Positions 36,549-46,354 of a stretch of DNA of 64,000 nucleotides are shown here, one piece after another. The notes beneath the pieces were generated by a model, which did no database searches, had not been told where the DNA came from, and saw only the letters and a list, made by a program, of their open reading frames with translations. Every line of letters starts with the position of its first letter. Within the stretch, counting starts at the first letter, position 1. Location: the IMG/VR virus record IMGVR_UViG_3300031994_000035, positions 32,001-96,000 of that record; one strand, 5' to 3'. Source of the DNA: a virus (lineage: Duplodnaviria > Caudoviricetes). Made by a program: the position numbers and the translations under genes.

Positions 36549-36689
36549 TGTTATATAAAATATATGAAGTTTAACAATACAATTATTATATTGTTGTTTA
36601 TTATTTTAAGATTACAATTTAATATTACAGATATGGCCCTAAGAAAAATAACGGACAGAAGGAATGTACAATTTTTAAATAACTGAACT

Positions 36690-37064
36690 ATGACAAACGA
36701 AGAAAGACAAATATTGCTAAAAGACCTTTGTATGCGGTTACCATATAAGGTCAAGGTACTTGACGATATGGGAAGACTGTATGAATTACATATAGGTGAC
36801 TCATATATTATAGATTTATTCTATGGAAACGGAGGTTATATAGAGCCACCAGTAAAGCCATACCTCCGTCCCTTGTCGTCAATAACGCCTGAAGAGAGAA
36901 AAGAATATCATCGACTTTGTGATGTGGAAGAAGGCCCTTTTTATGAGAGATTCTTTCACGATACGATTGCCTCAATTGAATATCTTACTTCAAAGCATTT
37001 CGACTATCGAGGTCTGATAGAGAAAGGACTTGCTATTGAAGCATCCGACGATATGTATAACTAA
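36690..37064 (+). CDS. Paralog family A
   Basis: LLKDLC.RLPY, KPYLRP, HFDYRGLIEKGLA. Confidence 0.8.
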   Translation: MTNEERQILLKDLCMRLPYKVKVLDDMGRLYELHIGDSYIIDLFYGNGGYIEPPVKPYLRPLSSITPEERKEYHRLCDVEEGPFYERFFHDTIASIEYLTSKHFDYRGLIEKGLAIEASDDMYN

Positions 37065-37075
37065 AATTTATAACT

Positions 37076-37558
37076 ATGACACAAGAAGAAAAACAACTTT
37101 TACTTAAAGACCTTTGTGCAAGGTTGCCATATGGTGTAATAGTAAGGCACTCTGATTGTATAGTAGATGATGAAGGTAATGAAACTGGAAAATTCTATCA
37201 TACAAAGGGTTATTTATGTGATGTTTGTACAGAGGATGATATGACCACAACCATTATAGAAAGTGAAGGTGAGGATGAAGGATACAATCATATTTGTTCC
37301 TTAGAGTGGACTGTTCCATATCTCCGTCCAATGGATTCAATGACAGTTGAGGAAATATGTAAAATAGAGGCAATTATTGGAAATGGTTTTAAATATGGAG
37401 ACGGTGAATTGACGGTATGCGGCGAAGATGTTATTAAGCTGTCATTTCCAAAAATACACGAACTCATGGAGTTTTTATATCAACACCATATTGATGTTAA
37501 TTGTCTTATTGAAAAAGGTCTCGCTATTGAGGTGGAAAAAGGAATGTATAATTTTTAA
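37076..37558 (+). CDS. Paralog family A
   Basis: MTQEEKQLLLKDLCARLPYGV, PYLRP, LIEKGLAIE. Confidence 0.8.
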   Translation: MTQEEKQLLLKDLCARLPYGVIVRHSDCIVDDEGNETGKFYHTKGYLCDVCTEDDMTTTIIESEGEDEGYNHICSLEWTVPYLRPMDSMTVEEICKIEAIIGNGFKYGDGELTVCGEDVIKLSFPKIHELMEFLYQHHIDVNCLIEKGLAIEVEKGMYNF

Positions 37559-37569
37559 ATGACTGAATT

Positions 37570-37770
37570 ATGATAGCGTTAATTATAATTGGATATTTGA
37601 TAGGATTTGTCATCACATTGAAATTATTTAAAAGGGCATTTCCAAGCAATGACAATAATGATGATAAGATGTTTTTTACATTGGCTGGAATACTCTTTCC
37701 AATCACATTAGTTTTTGTTACGATGGTTTACATTTGGCGTTTATTAATTAAATTTTATGACTGGCTATGA
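37570..37770 (+). CDS. Small two-helix membrane protein
   Basis: Two hydrophobic segments. Confidence 0.65.
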   Translation: MIALIIIGYLIGFVITLKLFKRAFPSNDNNDDKMFFTLAGILFPITLVFVTMVYIWRLLIKFYDWL

Positions 37771-38102
37771 CAGACGAAAAAATATCAATATCATTCAAAG
37801 ACAGGGAAGTCATTATAGCGGCGGCATACAAGGTAAAGCCTGAATATGTATGCAATGACGGCGGCGTTTATAAGACAGGTACTCGGGAACGTGACGATAT
37901 TTACCGCTGCAGGATAGGCCGTCATCATGCCGAAATCCTGCATATTTTCGAGGACGAGGTTGACGAATTTTCAGACGGATTCTACACTTCTTATGGAAGA
38001 TGGGTTGGCAGGAAGGAGGCTGCTGAAATCGCCCTTGCGGCAGGCCAGTGCAAGAAGCCTCTGATTATGGGAGACATGCTGGACAGCAGCGACATATTTT
38101 AA
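37767..38102 (+). CDS. Phage hypothetical protein (GRHH..GF.TS.GR.V.R.EA..IA..AGQ)
   Basis: Recognisable small phage-protein motif pattern. Confidence 0.7.
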   Translation: MTDEKISISFKDREVIIAAAYKVKPEYVCNDGGVYKTGTRERDDIYRCRIGRHHAEILHIFEDEVDEFSDGFYTSYGRWVGRKEAAEIALAAGQCKKPLIMGDMLDSSDIF

Positions 38103-38250
38103 AATAGACAAAATGACAGGACATGAAAAACACGGATTTTATAAAGTTCATTATTTGCTGGCTTTTTAATTTAGGGCTGGTTTATTTAACGGCAATTTCT
38201 TTAGTAGAATACATATTTTAAATAATTATAATAGATAAGGAGATAGACAT

Positions 38251-38532
38251 ATGACACAGGAACAGGCACTAAATGTAATAAAAAAGTATGTAGGGGATCA
38301 ATGGAATGACGTTGATTACTTCACATCATATCCTATAAAGGCGACTTTTCCAGACGTACCTATAAGCGTGAGGGCTGATTACCAGTTCATCAATGGCGGA
38401 CAAATATGGGGTATTGTATTCTGCACATCCACATATAATAGGTGGGGTGAAAGTGATTCAAATGATATTTGCTTCTGCGATACAGAGAAAAAGGCAGATG
38501 TGGTATATGGAACAATAAAATATAGGGGATAG
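38251..38532 (+). CDS. Hypothetical protein
   Basis: 93-aa ORF with GGAG upstream. Confidence 0.6.
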   Translation: MTQEQALNVIKKYVGDQWNDVDYFTSYPIKATFPDVPISVRADYQFINGGQIWGIVFCTSTYNRWGESDSNDICFCDTEKKADVVYGTIKYRG

Positions 38533-38668
38533 CATGCAATTGAAAAATTCACAGGCTGGAAACTAGGAACAAGGCCTTTTCAATACGATTTGTTCATGGA
38601 AGTTTCTATCATATTGTTTATTATTTTAAGATTACAATTAAAATTTAAGTTTTTTAATTTTTACAGAT

Positions 38669-38953
38669 ATGCCCCTAAGAAAAATAACGGAAAAAGAATG
38701 TAAGGAACTTTTGTCGCTCGCTGATGACTATTTGGTAAAAAAGATTTCAGATGAAAACTATGACCAGTCTTTCGCTGCGTTCCTTAACAACAATTTCACA
38801 GCCACAGATTTCATATTCACACGCGATTCAGGAGAGAAACTTCTTGACATACTGTTGGAGACTGCCGAAAAATATTCAGATTCATTTATTGACGATCCTT
38901 CTGAAGAAATCAAATTTGTGACAAACGTCCTTAATGAGAATTACTTCATATAA
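38669..38953 (+). CDS. Hypothetical protein
   Basis: ORF after TTGTTTATTAT motif; its 5' region is duplicated at 36594-36670. Confidence 0.65.
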   Translation: MPLRKITEKECKELLSLADDYLVKKISDENYDQSFAAFLNNNFTATDFIFTRDSGEKLLDILLETAEKYSDSFIDDPSEEIKFVTNVLNENYFI

Positions 38954-38956
38954 TTT

Positions 38957-39429
38957 TTAATAGTGGAAAGTCGGCACCTGTTCCCAATATTCGTCCTTGC
39001 CTGATTCCCATCTTGAAATATATGTTTTTCCATTCCAGTCCACCCGTATAGGCAATAGTTTTTCAGAATTCCATTTTTTTGAAAACCAGTCGGTATACCA
39101 ATATGTTCCTCCCCAACGGCTGTATGCTATTCCTGATACTTCCGTTATATCGAAATTCTCGTTTCTGTGAACCTCAATTTCAACATTTATAAACGAGGCC
39201 CGCCGGCCGCATTGTCTGTCTATAGAATCATTGAAATTCCCGTGAAGACGAAGTCTGCATTTATGCCAGCCATCATTTAATTCATCCGCATACTCTTTAT
39301 AAAATTCATCAACTGTACCATATGTCACCTGTCCGTAGAACATATAAGGATGCTTTTGATTTGAATGGTATTTGAATCGGGATTGCCGTTTTCATTCAGA
39401 AATTCAAAATATGTTTTCAAGTTTTCCAT
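38957..39429 (-). pseudogene. Frameshifted gene with MENLKTYFEFLNE N-terminus
   Basis: ATG 39429 frame stops after 34 codons; one extra A at GAAAAC joins it to ORF 39343-38957. Confidence 0.6.
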
Positions 39430-39479
39430 AAACGAAATATAAAGTAAATAATTAAACTCATAATATTTATATAAAATTA

Positions 39480-39900
39480 ATACCTGTAATTACATAACGA
39501 AATATAAAATCCCTTTAATCCATTCCAACCTCCTGACAAGGAAATTCCAATATGTTATAATATCGCATATCCGTAGATTAAGACATTATGGCATTATAAA
39601 ATGACCCAAATATATTCAGGCCTATTTTACAATTTATATATAATACTTAAATAATATCCGTAATAATATACCTATAATAATATTACAATATCCCCATGCA
39701 CCCGACTATAATTATCATCAGCCTTTCACTATAATATTATCATAATATTATTACAATATACTGTATAATATCCTAAATGATTTCTTTACAATATTGTTAT
39801 ATTATTTCATATATTATCTATTATTATTCATATATGCATATATAACGGCTTATCATTAATATCGGATTTTCAATTAAAAATTCAAGAAAACTGATTAAAA
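39480..39900. repeat. AT-rich low-complexity intergenic region with reiterated TAATAT/CAATAT units (candidate origin)
   Basis: About 450 bp without ORF between divergent genes; many ATAATAT/ACAATAT copies. Confidence 0.4.
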
Positions 39901-39978
39901 ACTTTGAATTTTTCTATAAATATATAAAGAACAGTTTTAGACATTATATTAGTAATTCATAATTAAAATTATAGAGAC

Positions 39979-42075
39979 ATGCTTTACAGGTCGAAGATAG
40001 AGGTAAGAAAATTCTCATCTAAATACAAGATTGTAACACCTTCCAAGCCCTTGCAGGACAAAGGTCTAGAAAGAACTAAAATAATTACCAAGCCTTACAG
40101 GGCCGAAGTAATAAAGCCATTACGCATAGGAAACAGACCTATAGAAAAAAATGACGAAAATATTCCCGGAACTTTAAAAATGCATAATATAGGCGATTTA
40201 CGTCCATGGAAGGAACTGAAACCCCTGACAGCCCCTGACAGGTACACGGGATCGGAATACAGGAAAATACATGTCATACACTGGTGGTACACTGACAGAA
40301 CCTGCCAGGACCTGACAGAGATTGAGAAGTTCCATTTCGCGATGCTGAACCTTTCAGACTTCGACAACAAGTTTGACGAAATTTATTTTTCAGTGGCCGT
40401 CAGCCCGTCAGTCCTGAAAGGAATGAAAGATTCGAAAGACCCTGACAGCATGCAAGACCCTGACAGCCCCGTCAGTCCCTCCGGTTCTGAAAGGGATTTC
40501 ATAATTAAAAGCATAAAGGAGCTGACAGGGCATGGCAGGGCCGCGGTCTATGTGAAGTTCATAGAGAACTCATCTACTCTCGGCGAATACGAATCTTGGA
40601 AAAATATTTTCTCCCTGATAGACCCGTCAGACCCTGCAGGACCTGAAAGAGATTACCGGGATTCCAAATGCACAGTAATCAAAAAAATTCCCGTACATAA
40701 CAATACCGGACATGATATTATAGAATCTAATATTACTGAAAACCCGGAGGCCGAATTGGTTTCAATCCCTCCTCTCTTCGAGGGGTTTGAGGAGCTGAAG
40801 CCCATGACATGGATTCATAAAAACAGAAAGGACGGATTCAAGTGGGATGAATATAAAAACCGGAACGTGATTTCATTCTATTCGCACTTCAAAGGGGCGA
40901 AGTACCTTCAGGAGCCGGCAAGGGTGGAGGACGTGAAGTACTGGAGCTACATAATGTACAAGTCGCTCATATATTCCGAACCGGCGTGGAAGGAGTCACT
41001 GATGAACCTGAAAGAGAACAGGAGCCGCTGCGCAATCCTGCAGGGAGGAGTGGGACGCAGGTATGAAACACTGCTCAACTACTACCAGAAGACAATCTGT
41101 CCAGAGATGAAAATGACAGACCTGCATATGGCGGGAACCTTCTATTTCTATAATACCGGACTGATTAAAAAATACTATAATGATAATAAACTGTATCCGT
41201 CCCTGAAAGGACTGGAGGGGCAGCTGACCCATGTGTCCGAGTTCTGTTCATGCTTCCTGGCAGGAAATGACGTATCTGCCGCGGTGCCGGAGGCGAACGG
41301 ACTTGACAAGTACCATATGTTCACAAGGAAAAATCTTTTAGGATTTTATAACGAATACCTGACGGAGGCCGACAGGTGGGCAGACTCTAAAATGGATTCC
41401 GTCATCTATACTGTCGGGAAGTCGACCGACAGCTTCATATACATGAAGGATAATGATCCTTTGAGGGAGAAGTTCCTGATTGACGAAAGCCGTGAAGGCG
41501 ACAACATAGACGACAGGAACTCCGTGTACTGCGAACTGACGGGGCTCTACATGCTATGGAAGGACAGGAGGGAATGGAAGGGGCTCGACCACTACAGGAG
41601 GTGCATGATGAAGGACGGGCAGCCGGTATCCAACTTCGACATCATGCTTGCAAGGAACAAGGGATACAGGGCGCTGCTCGCGAGGTACGACATGCCCTTC
41701 GCGAACGGCAGGACGCTTGAGGAGGCGAACACGAGGCTGATGTTCCCTGATATCATAAGGGAGAGACTTGTTCCCATACTCGACAAAAGGAACGGATTCG
41801 GCTCGTGGTTCATGGAATGGATCAGTAGGAAGACCCTGAGGGAGGCGTGCTTCTGCAACATGATGGTCGCCGAAAGGGAAGTTGCAGACGAGTACTGTTC
41901 ATTGCTGTTCCCCTCGCTCGACGAGTTCTGGAAGGAATGCAGGGACGAAATCCCTCCAAGGCTTTTAGGCTACACGACGGAGACGATGTTCCAGGCATGG
42001 CTGGAATGGAAGGGGATTCCATATGACCCTTCATACACCATAGTGACCACAAAGTACGCCAAATACAGGAAATAA
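39979..42075 (+). CDS. Multidomain glycosyltransferase-like protein with C-terminal DUF4422-like (galactofuranosyl-transfer associated) domain
   Basis: GDNIDDRNSVYCELTGLY.LWK, GLDHYRR, CNM, RLLGY..E; N-terminal FYSHFKG domain. Confidence 0.7.
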   Translation: MLYRSKIEVRKFSSKYKIVTPSKPLQDKGLERTKIITKPYRAEVIKPLRIGNRPIEKNDENIPGTLKMHNIGDLRPWKELKPLTAPDRYTGSEYRKIHVIHWWYTDRTCQDLTEIEKFHFAMLNLSDFDNKFDEIYFSVAVSPSVLKGMKDSKDPDSMQDPDSPVSPSGSERDFIIKSIKELTGHGRAAVYVKFIENSSTLGEYESWKNIFSLIDPSDPAGPERDYRDSKCTVIKKIPVHNNTGHDIIESNITENPEAELVSIPPLFEGFEELKPMTWIHKNRKDGFKWDEYKNRNVISFYSHFKGAKYLQEPARVEDVKYWSYIMYKSLIYSEPAWKESLMNLKENRSRCAILQGGVGRRYETLLNYYQKTICPEMKMTDLHMAGTFYFYNTGLIKKYYNDNKLYPSLKGLEGQLTHVSEFCSCFLAGNDVSAAVPEANGLDKYHMFTRKNLLGFYNEYLTEADRWADSKMDSVIYTVGKSTDSFIYMKDNDPLREKFLIDESREGDNIDDRNSVYCELTGLYMLWKDRREWKGLDHYRRCMMKDGQPVSNFDIMLARNKGYRALLARYDMPFANGRTLEEANTRLMFPDIIRERLVPILDKRNGFGSWFMEWISRKTLREACFCNMMVAEREVADEYCSLLFPSLDEFWKECRDEIPPRLLGYTTETMFQAWLEWKGIPYDPSYTIVTTKYAKYRK

Positions 42076-42109
42076 TATATAATTGTGTGACATGTAAATT
42101 GAAAAGCAT

Positions 42110-42779
42110 CATGGCAGGAAATATGACGGACGAAGAAAAGAACAGCATAGACACCCTCGCGGACATAGCGGCGGACATGGCGAAGTCATCCCAGAACGAC
42201 GAGATGGTCTTCGAACGTCCTCAGATAATGGGGCAGATAGCGAAGAAGATGAAGGCCGAAGGGTCGCAGGCCGAGATAAAGGCGAAGAAGCTGATGGACT
42301 CCATGTACAAGCAGTACGCAAAGAGCGGCGTCATAGACAAGAACCAGTACCTGAAGATAAAGTCGCAGGTCTATTCGGCCAACCTTACGACGGTCATCAA
42401 GCAGATCTCGATAGCCGAGGAGCTGGTAAACACGATGATCGCGTCGCTCGAGATAGACCCGAACCCGAAAATCTTCGACAGCGTTTCGAACTCCCAGAAG
42501 ACGATAATAGAGCTCGTGAAGCTGGAGCAGCAGCTGATAGCGGACGCCGAGATAAAGATGAGGGACATGGCTGGCGACATCCCTGACGCAGTCGAGGAGG
42601 ACAAGCCCGACACCGCCCTTATGTCTTCAAGCAGGCAGCTTCTGGAGGTCATCAAGAATGTGGTGAAGAACAACGATCCTGAGGAGGACGATCAGGACCA
42701 CGACGAGGAGGAGCCCGAAAATGTCCCCGGATCCGACGACGTTGATGACGTGGAGGAATTCAAGGAGCCTGAGGTCTAG
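42110..42779 (+). CDS. Helical protein with acidic tail, possible terminase small subunit
   Basis: Coiled coil, NPKIFD..S..QK and SSRQLL motifs loosely like T4 gp16; weak support. Confidence 0.35.
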
Positions 42780-42852
42780 TGAAGGAATTTGCAGACATCA
42801 AACCGGAATTATATAAATATTAATGATTGTTTATTATTTAAAAAAATTATAT

Positions 42853-43560
42853 ATGGAAAACCTGAAGACATTTGACGAGTGCATGCGCGCCTACAATGAA
42901 GGGTTAGGATCAGCAAAGACTTTTGCAGACCTCAAAGAAGGCGACAGCCTGTACATCTGGTACATGGGTAAAATGAAGAATCCGATGAAGCTAAAGGTGT
43001 TGGATTCAAAAATCGGTGAATGGAAAATAAACATAACAGTAAATAAAAATATAGAGGACTTTAAATATGATAACAAAAATGTCGTCAGTTTTAATTCCGA
43101 CTATAAGTCATCAACGACATATTTCGATAATGACAACATACGGGGACTTGTTTTTATAAGTACGAATGAAAAAGATTTTTTAGATGAATTGAAGGCGCGT
43201 TTCATAAAAGCGCCTATAATAGAAGATGAGAGTGAAGAGAATCTGAATAAAGAACTCTTACCTTTCACCAAAGAAGAAGGAAAGAAACTGCATGCTGATT
43301 TTTTAGAGCTTGCAGACGCTTTGGAGGCGTCATGTAGTAAAAATCCTTCAGATCCCTGTAATGACGAAAAGAAGAAACTTGCTGACGAAATCTACAGCCA
43401 TACGAACAAGGATACTTTTCTGTTAATCCTTCCATACACTGAAATCATAGTAGGCCTGTATAAAAGAGGAAAGGAGATATGCAAGAAGTATAACATCAAA
43501 TTTCCGGATTTCAACAAAGATACGATAGTGAAAATTGTTCAAGAACTTCCACTTTTCTGA
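42853..43560 (+). CDS. Putative virion-internal protein (MENLKTFDE..NE)
   Basis: Shared N-terminal motif; C-terminal ~95 aa duplicated in next gene. Confidence 0.65.
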   Translation: MENLKTFDECMRAYNEGLGSAKTFADLKEGDSLYIWYMGKMKNPMKLKVLDSKIGEWKINITVNKNIEDFKYDNKNVVSFNSDYKSSTTYFDNDNIRGLVFISTNEKDFLDELKARFIKAPIIEDESEENLNKELLPFTKEEGKKLHADFLELADALEASCSKNPSDPCNDEKKKLADEIYSHTNKDTFLLILPYTEIIVGLYKRGKEICKKYNIKFPDFNKDTIVKIVQELPLF

Positions 43561-43604
43561 TACAGGATGCACCCGCGTAAATTAAATACTAAATTATAAA
43601 GATT

Positions 43605-44321
43605 ATGGAAAGCCTAAAGACATTCAATCAATATATTCGTGAAAGCGTGTTTCCTTTCAATAATTTCACTAAAGAAGAAGGAAAGAAACTGCATGCAGAC
43701 TTTTTAGAGCTTGCAGACGCTTTGGAGGCTTCATGCCGTAAAAATCCTTCAGATCCAGGTAATGCTGAAAAGAAGAAACTTGCTGACGAAATCTACGACC
43801 ATACAAATCGTGACACTTTCTTGTTAATCCTTCCATACACTGAAATCATAGCAGGCCTGTATGAAAGAGGAAAAGAGATGTGTAAGAAATATAATATCAA
43901 ATTCCCGGATTTCCGAGGGGACACGATAACGAAGATTGTTCAAGAACTTCCGCATAAGTCAGGCAAGCCCCGTGACAAATGGGTTGAAAAATTCCAAGAC
44001 ATAACTATGGTGCCGCTCCGCTATATGTCCAATAGATTCGACGCATCCGACACATGGGACACATATGGTTATTATGACAAACCTGCAAGCGAGAATCCTG
44101 CAAAACCTATGCTGATGTTCGAATTTTCGGATACAGGATATGTCCGTATCAGCAGAGGTGGAGACTATTTGGTAATTGATGAAAACGGATGGCGTTTGGA
44201 ATATCATAATGCTATGAATAACGACGACCTTCCTGAAATCCACATAGACAAGGATACCCTTAAAGGAATGCGTCCACGTAAATTGGTTGAAATATTCAAA
44301 ATAAAGTCAGTGTTCATTTAG
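43605..44321 (+). CDS. Putative virion-internal protein (MESLKTFNQYIRE)
   Basis: N-terminal motif; FTKEEGKKLHADFLELADALEASC domain shared with previous gene. Confidence 0.65.
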   Translation: MESLKTFNQYIRESVFPFNNFTKEEGKKLHADFLELADALEASCRKNPSDPGNAEKKKLADEIYDHTNRDTFLLILPYTEIIAGLYERGKEMCKKYNIKFPDFRGDTITKIVQELPHKSGKPRDKWVEKFQDITMVPLRYMSNRFDASDTWDTYGYYDKPASENPAKPMLMFEFSDTGYVRISRGGDYLVIDENGWRLEYHNAMNNDDLPEIHIDKDTLKGMRPRKLVEIFKIKSVFI

Positions 44322-44431
44322 GCTTTCCCGTCCAAATATTAAGGACGCCTACATATATCATAATTGTCGGAAGAGAGGGTTTTCGAATCCTCTTTTCTTT
44401 TATAAATATAATAAACAAATATATTAACATT

Positions 44432-44746
44432 ATGGAAACTGTAAAGAAATACATCCATTATCTGCTGCTGGCGCTTATGCTGGTGTTCATGACCAAATCA
44501 TGTACGAAGAACCATCAGATAAAATACCTAAAGACAATTGTCGAGGATACTGTCAGATTCGAAAAAACAATAATCGACAGCCTTGAAGGAGTAATCTCGG
44601 AAAGGGATACATATATCATAGGCCTTGAAAACCGGCATGCAATAGACTCGGTCAAGATAGACAACCTTGAAAAACAAAAACCGACGGTCATCAACAACTC
44701 ATATACCAGAATATATCAGTCAAAAGACACGACTGCAAAAAACTAA
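44432..44746 (+). CDS. Membrane-anchored coiled-coil protein (spanin-like?)
   Basis: N-terminal TM, KSC, coiled coil; TATAAATA upstream. Confidence 0.4.
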   Translation: METVKKYIHYLLLALMLVFMTKSCTKNHQIKYLKTIVEDTVRFEKTIIDSLEGVISERDTYIIGLENRHAIDSVKIDNLEKQKPTVINNSYTRIYQSKDTTAKN

Positions 44747-44752
44747 CAGGAA

Positions 44753-46306
44753 ATGGTCAACATAGAACAAATCGATTTAATAAAGAAAGCCAACGCGGCA
44801 TTTAAGGATTCGTTGTTTCATCCATTCGCTGGATTCACGGCGAACTCGACGTATGTAAGGAACGACGGCGCAGGCGCTCTTGCAAAGCGAAACAGACTGA
44901 ACAAGTTCGTCAATGACATACGTTACAGTGATCCGTTGTTGATGGGTTTTTCTTTAAAGATCGATTTCTATAATTCACCGTTGTTCAGGACGATGGGTGT
45001 GTTCGACAGAGGCGATATCGATTACAGTGACAAGGGTGCGTTCACAGCCGCCAAGATTCTTGTAGAGATTGAAGACTCGCTTAGTAAGTTCGACAAGCTT
45101 TCTGAGACTTCGTTTACATCAGTGGGACCGATATCAGGCGTTCATGAAAGAAGGGTGTTCGATGAAATGTACGGCGCTATAGAATATCTGTACCTGTCAG
45201 ACTCGTGGAAGCTTAAAAAAGACAAACCTCAGGCAGACAATAACACAGGCAATAAGAAAAACCAACAAAGCCTGGAGGATCTCATAGACAGGCTCCGTAC
45301 TGAAAAAACCGATAAGGAAAAGATAATTAATGCCGATAATGAAAAAATAGCCGACTATGGGCAACGTCTTGAAGAAGAGTATCAGAATGAGAAGAAGAAA
45401 GTCATTAAGAACCTTATGAACGCTATGAAAAATAAGCGGACAGGCGAACCTAGTCCTAAAAGTGACATGGTTATATACTATGAATCAGAACTTGACAGGC
45501 TATATGATGAGGTTGCCAGATATTCGTCAGACATCACTGTCCTTGAATCAGAGATCCTGCGTCTTGAAATAATGCGTGAGTCTGAAATACGTCAATATGA
45601 AAACACCAGACCTTCAATCAATGTAAATCCCTACCAGGAACCAATATATCCGGCTCCTACGTCATGTATGAACCTCATCAGGGCATATAAGATTCTTAAG
45701 ACCTATAACGACCAGAAGCAGTTCATGTTCAGAAAGGTGTCAGGTATGGAAAACGTGATAAAGGACTATTACGCCGTTGACAAGGCTGAAGCCATAGAAC
45801 GTACGTTCTCCATAGACATTATGGAAGACGTGAAAATGGATACAATACGTATGCTGACATCTTTGTCTGAGGCCATAACCGACACATACTACAAACGTGA
45901 GAGAATTCCTGTAAACCTGCAGAAATTCAACATGTCCGTGTATGTATATGATCTGAGATCATTCCGTAACGCGCTTACAATTACAGGCAGGAACCTGATA
46001 GAATTTACAAACAATGTCGAAAATAATTCAAGAAAGCCTGTTGTTCAAGAATCAGACAAGTCCCAGATTAACCAATACCTGTTGAAGCTCGCGTCAGAAC
46101 ACATATCGGTATTGGAGCTGTACTTCACAGGATGCCGCATGAAGGATTTCCAATTCGGCGGGATAAATGATATTAACTCTGAAACAGTACCTAACGCCTC
46201 ACCGAACCATACGGTAAATTTCGTATATGATACCGTCGATGTCAACCCTGTAATGTTTGAAGACCTTAACAGTCTTTTCAACATTATACATAGTGAAGTC
46301 CAATAA
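44753..46306 (+). CDS. Hypothetical protein, probably structural
   Basis: 517 aa, late-promoter operon, central coiled coil. Confidence 0.55.
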   Translation: MVNIEQIDLIKKANAAFKDSLFHPFAGFTANSTYVRNDGAGALAKRNRLNKFVNDIRYSDPLLMGFSLKIDFYNSPLFRTMGVFDRGDIDYSDKGAFTAAKILVEIEDSLSKFDKLSETSFTSVGPISGVHERRVFDEMYGAIEYLYLSDSWKLKKDKPQADNNTGNKKNQQSLEDLIDRLRTEKTDKEKIINADNEKIADYGQRLEEEYQNEKKKVIKNLMNAMKNKRTGEPSPKSDMVIYYESELDRLYDEVARYSSDITVLESEILRLEIMRESEIRQYENTRPSINVNPYQEPIYPAPTSCMNLIRAYKILKTYNDQKQFMFRKVSGMENVIKDYYAVDKAEAIERTFSIDIMEDVKMDTIRMLTSLSEAITDTYYKRERIPVNLQKFNMSVYVYDLRSFRNALTITGRNLIEFTNNVENNSRKPVVQESDKSQINQYLLKLASEHISVLELYFTGCRMKDFQFGGINDINSETVPNASPNHTVNFVYDTVDVNPVMFEDLNSLFNIIHSEVQ

Positions 46307-46354
46307 ATGTTGTTTAATATAGGTAAATATAATAACTTTAATATAATTTAGAAC

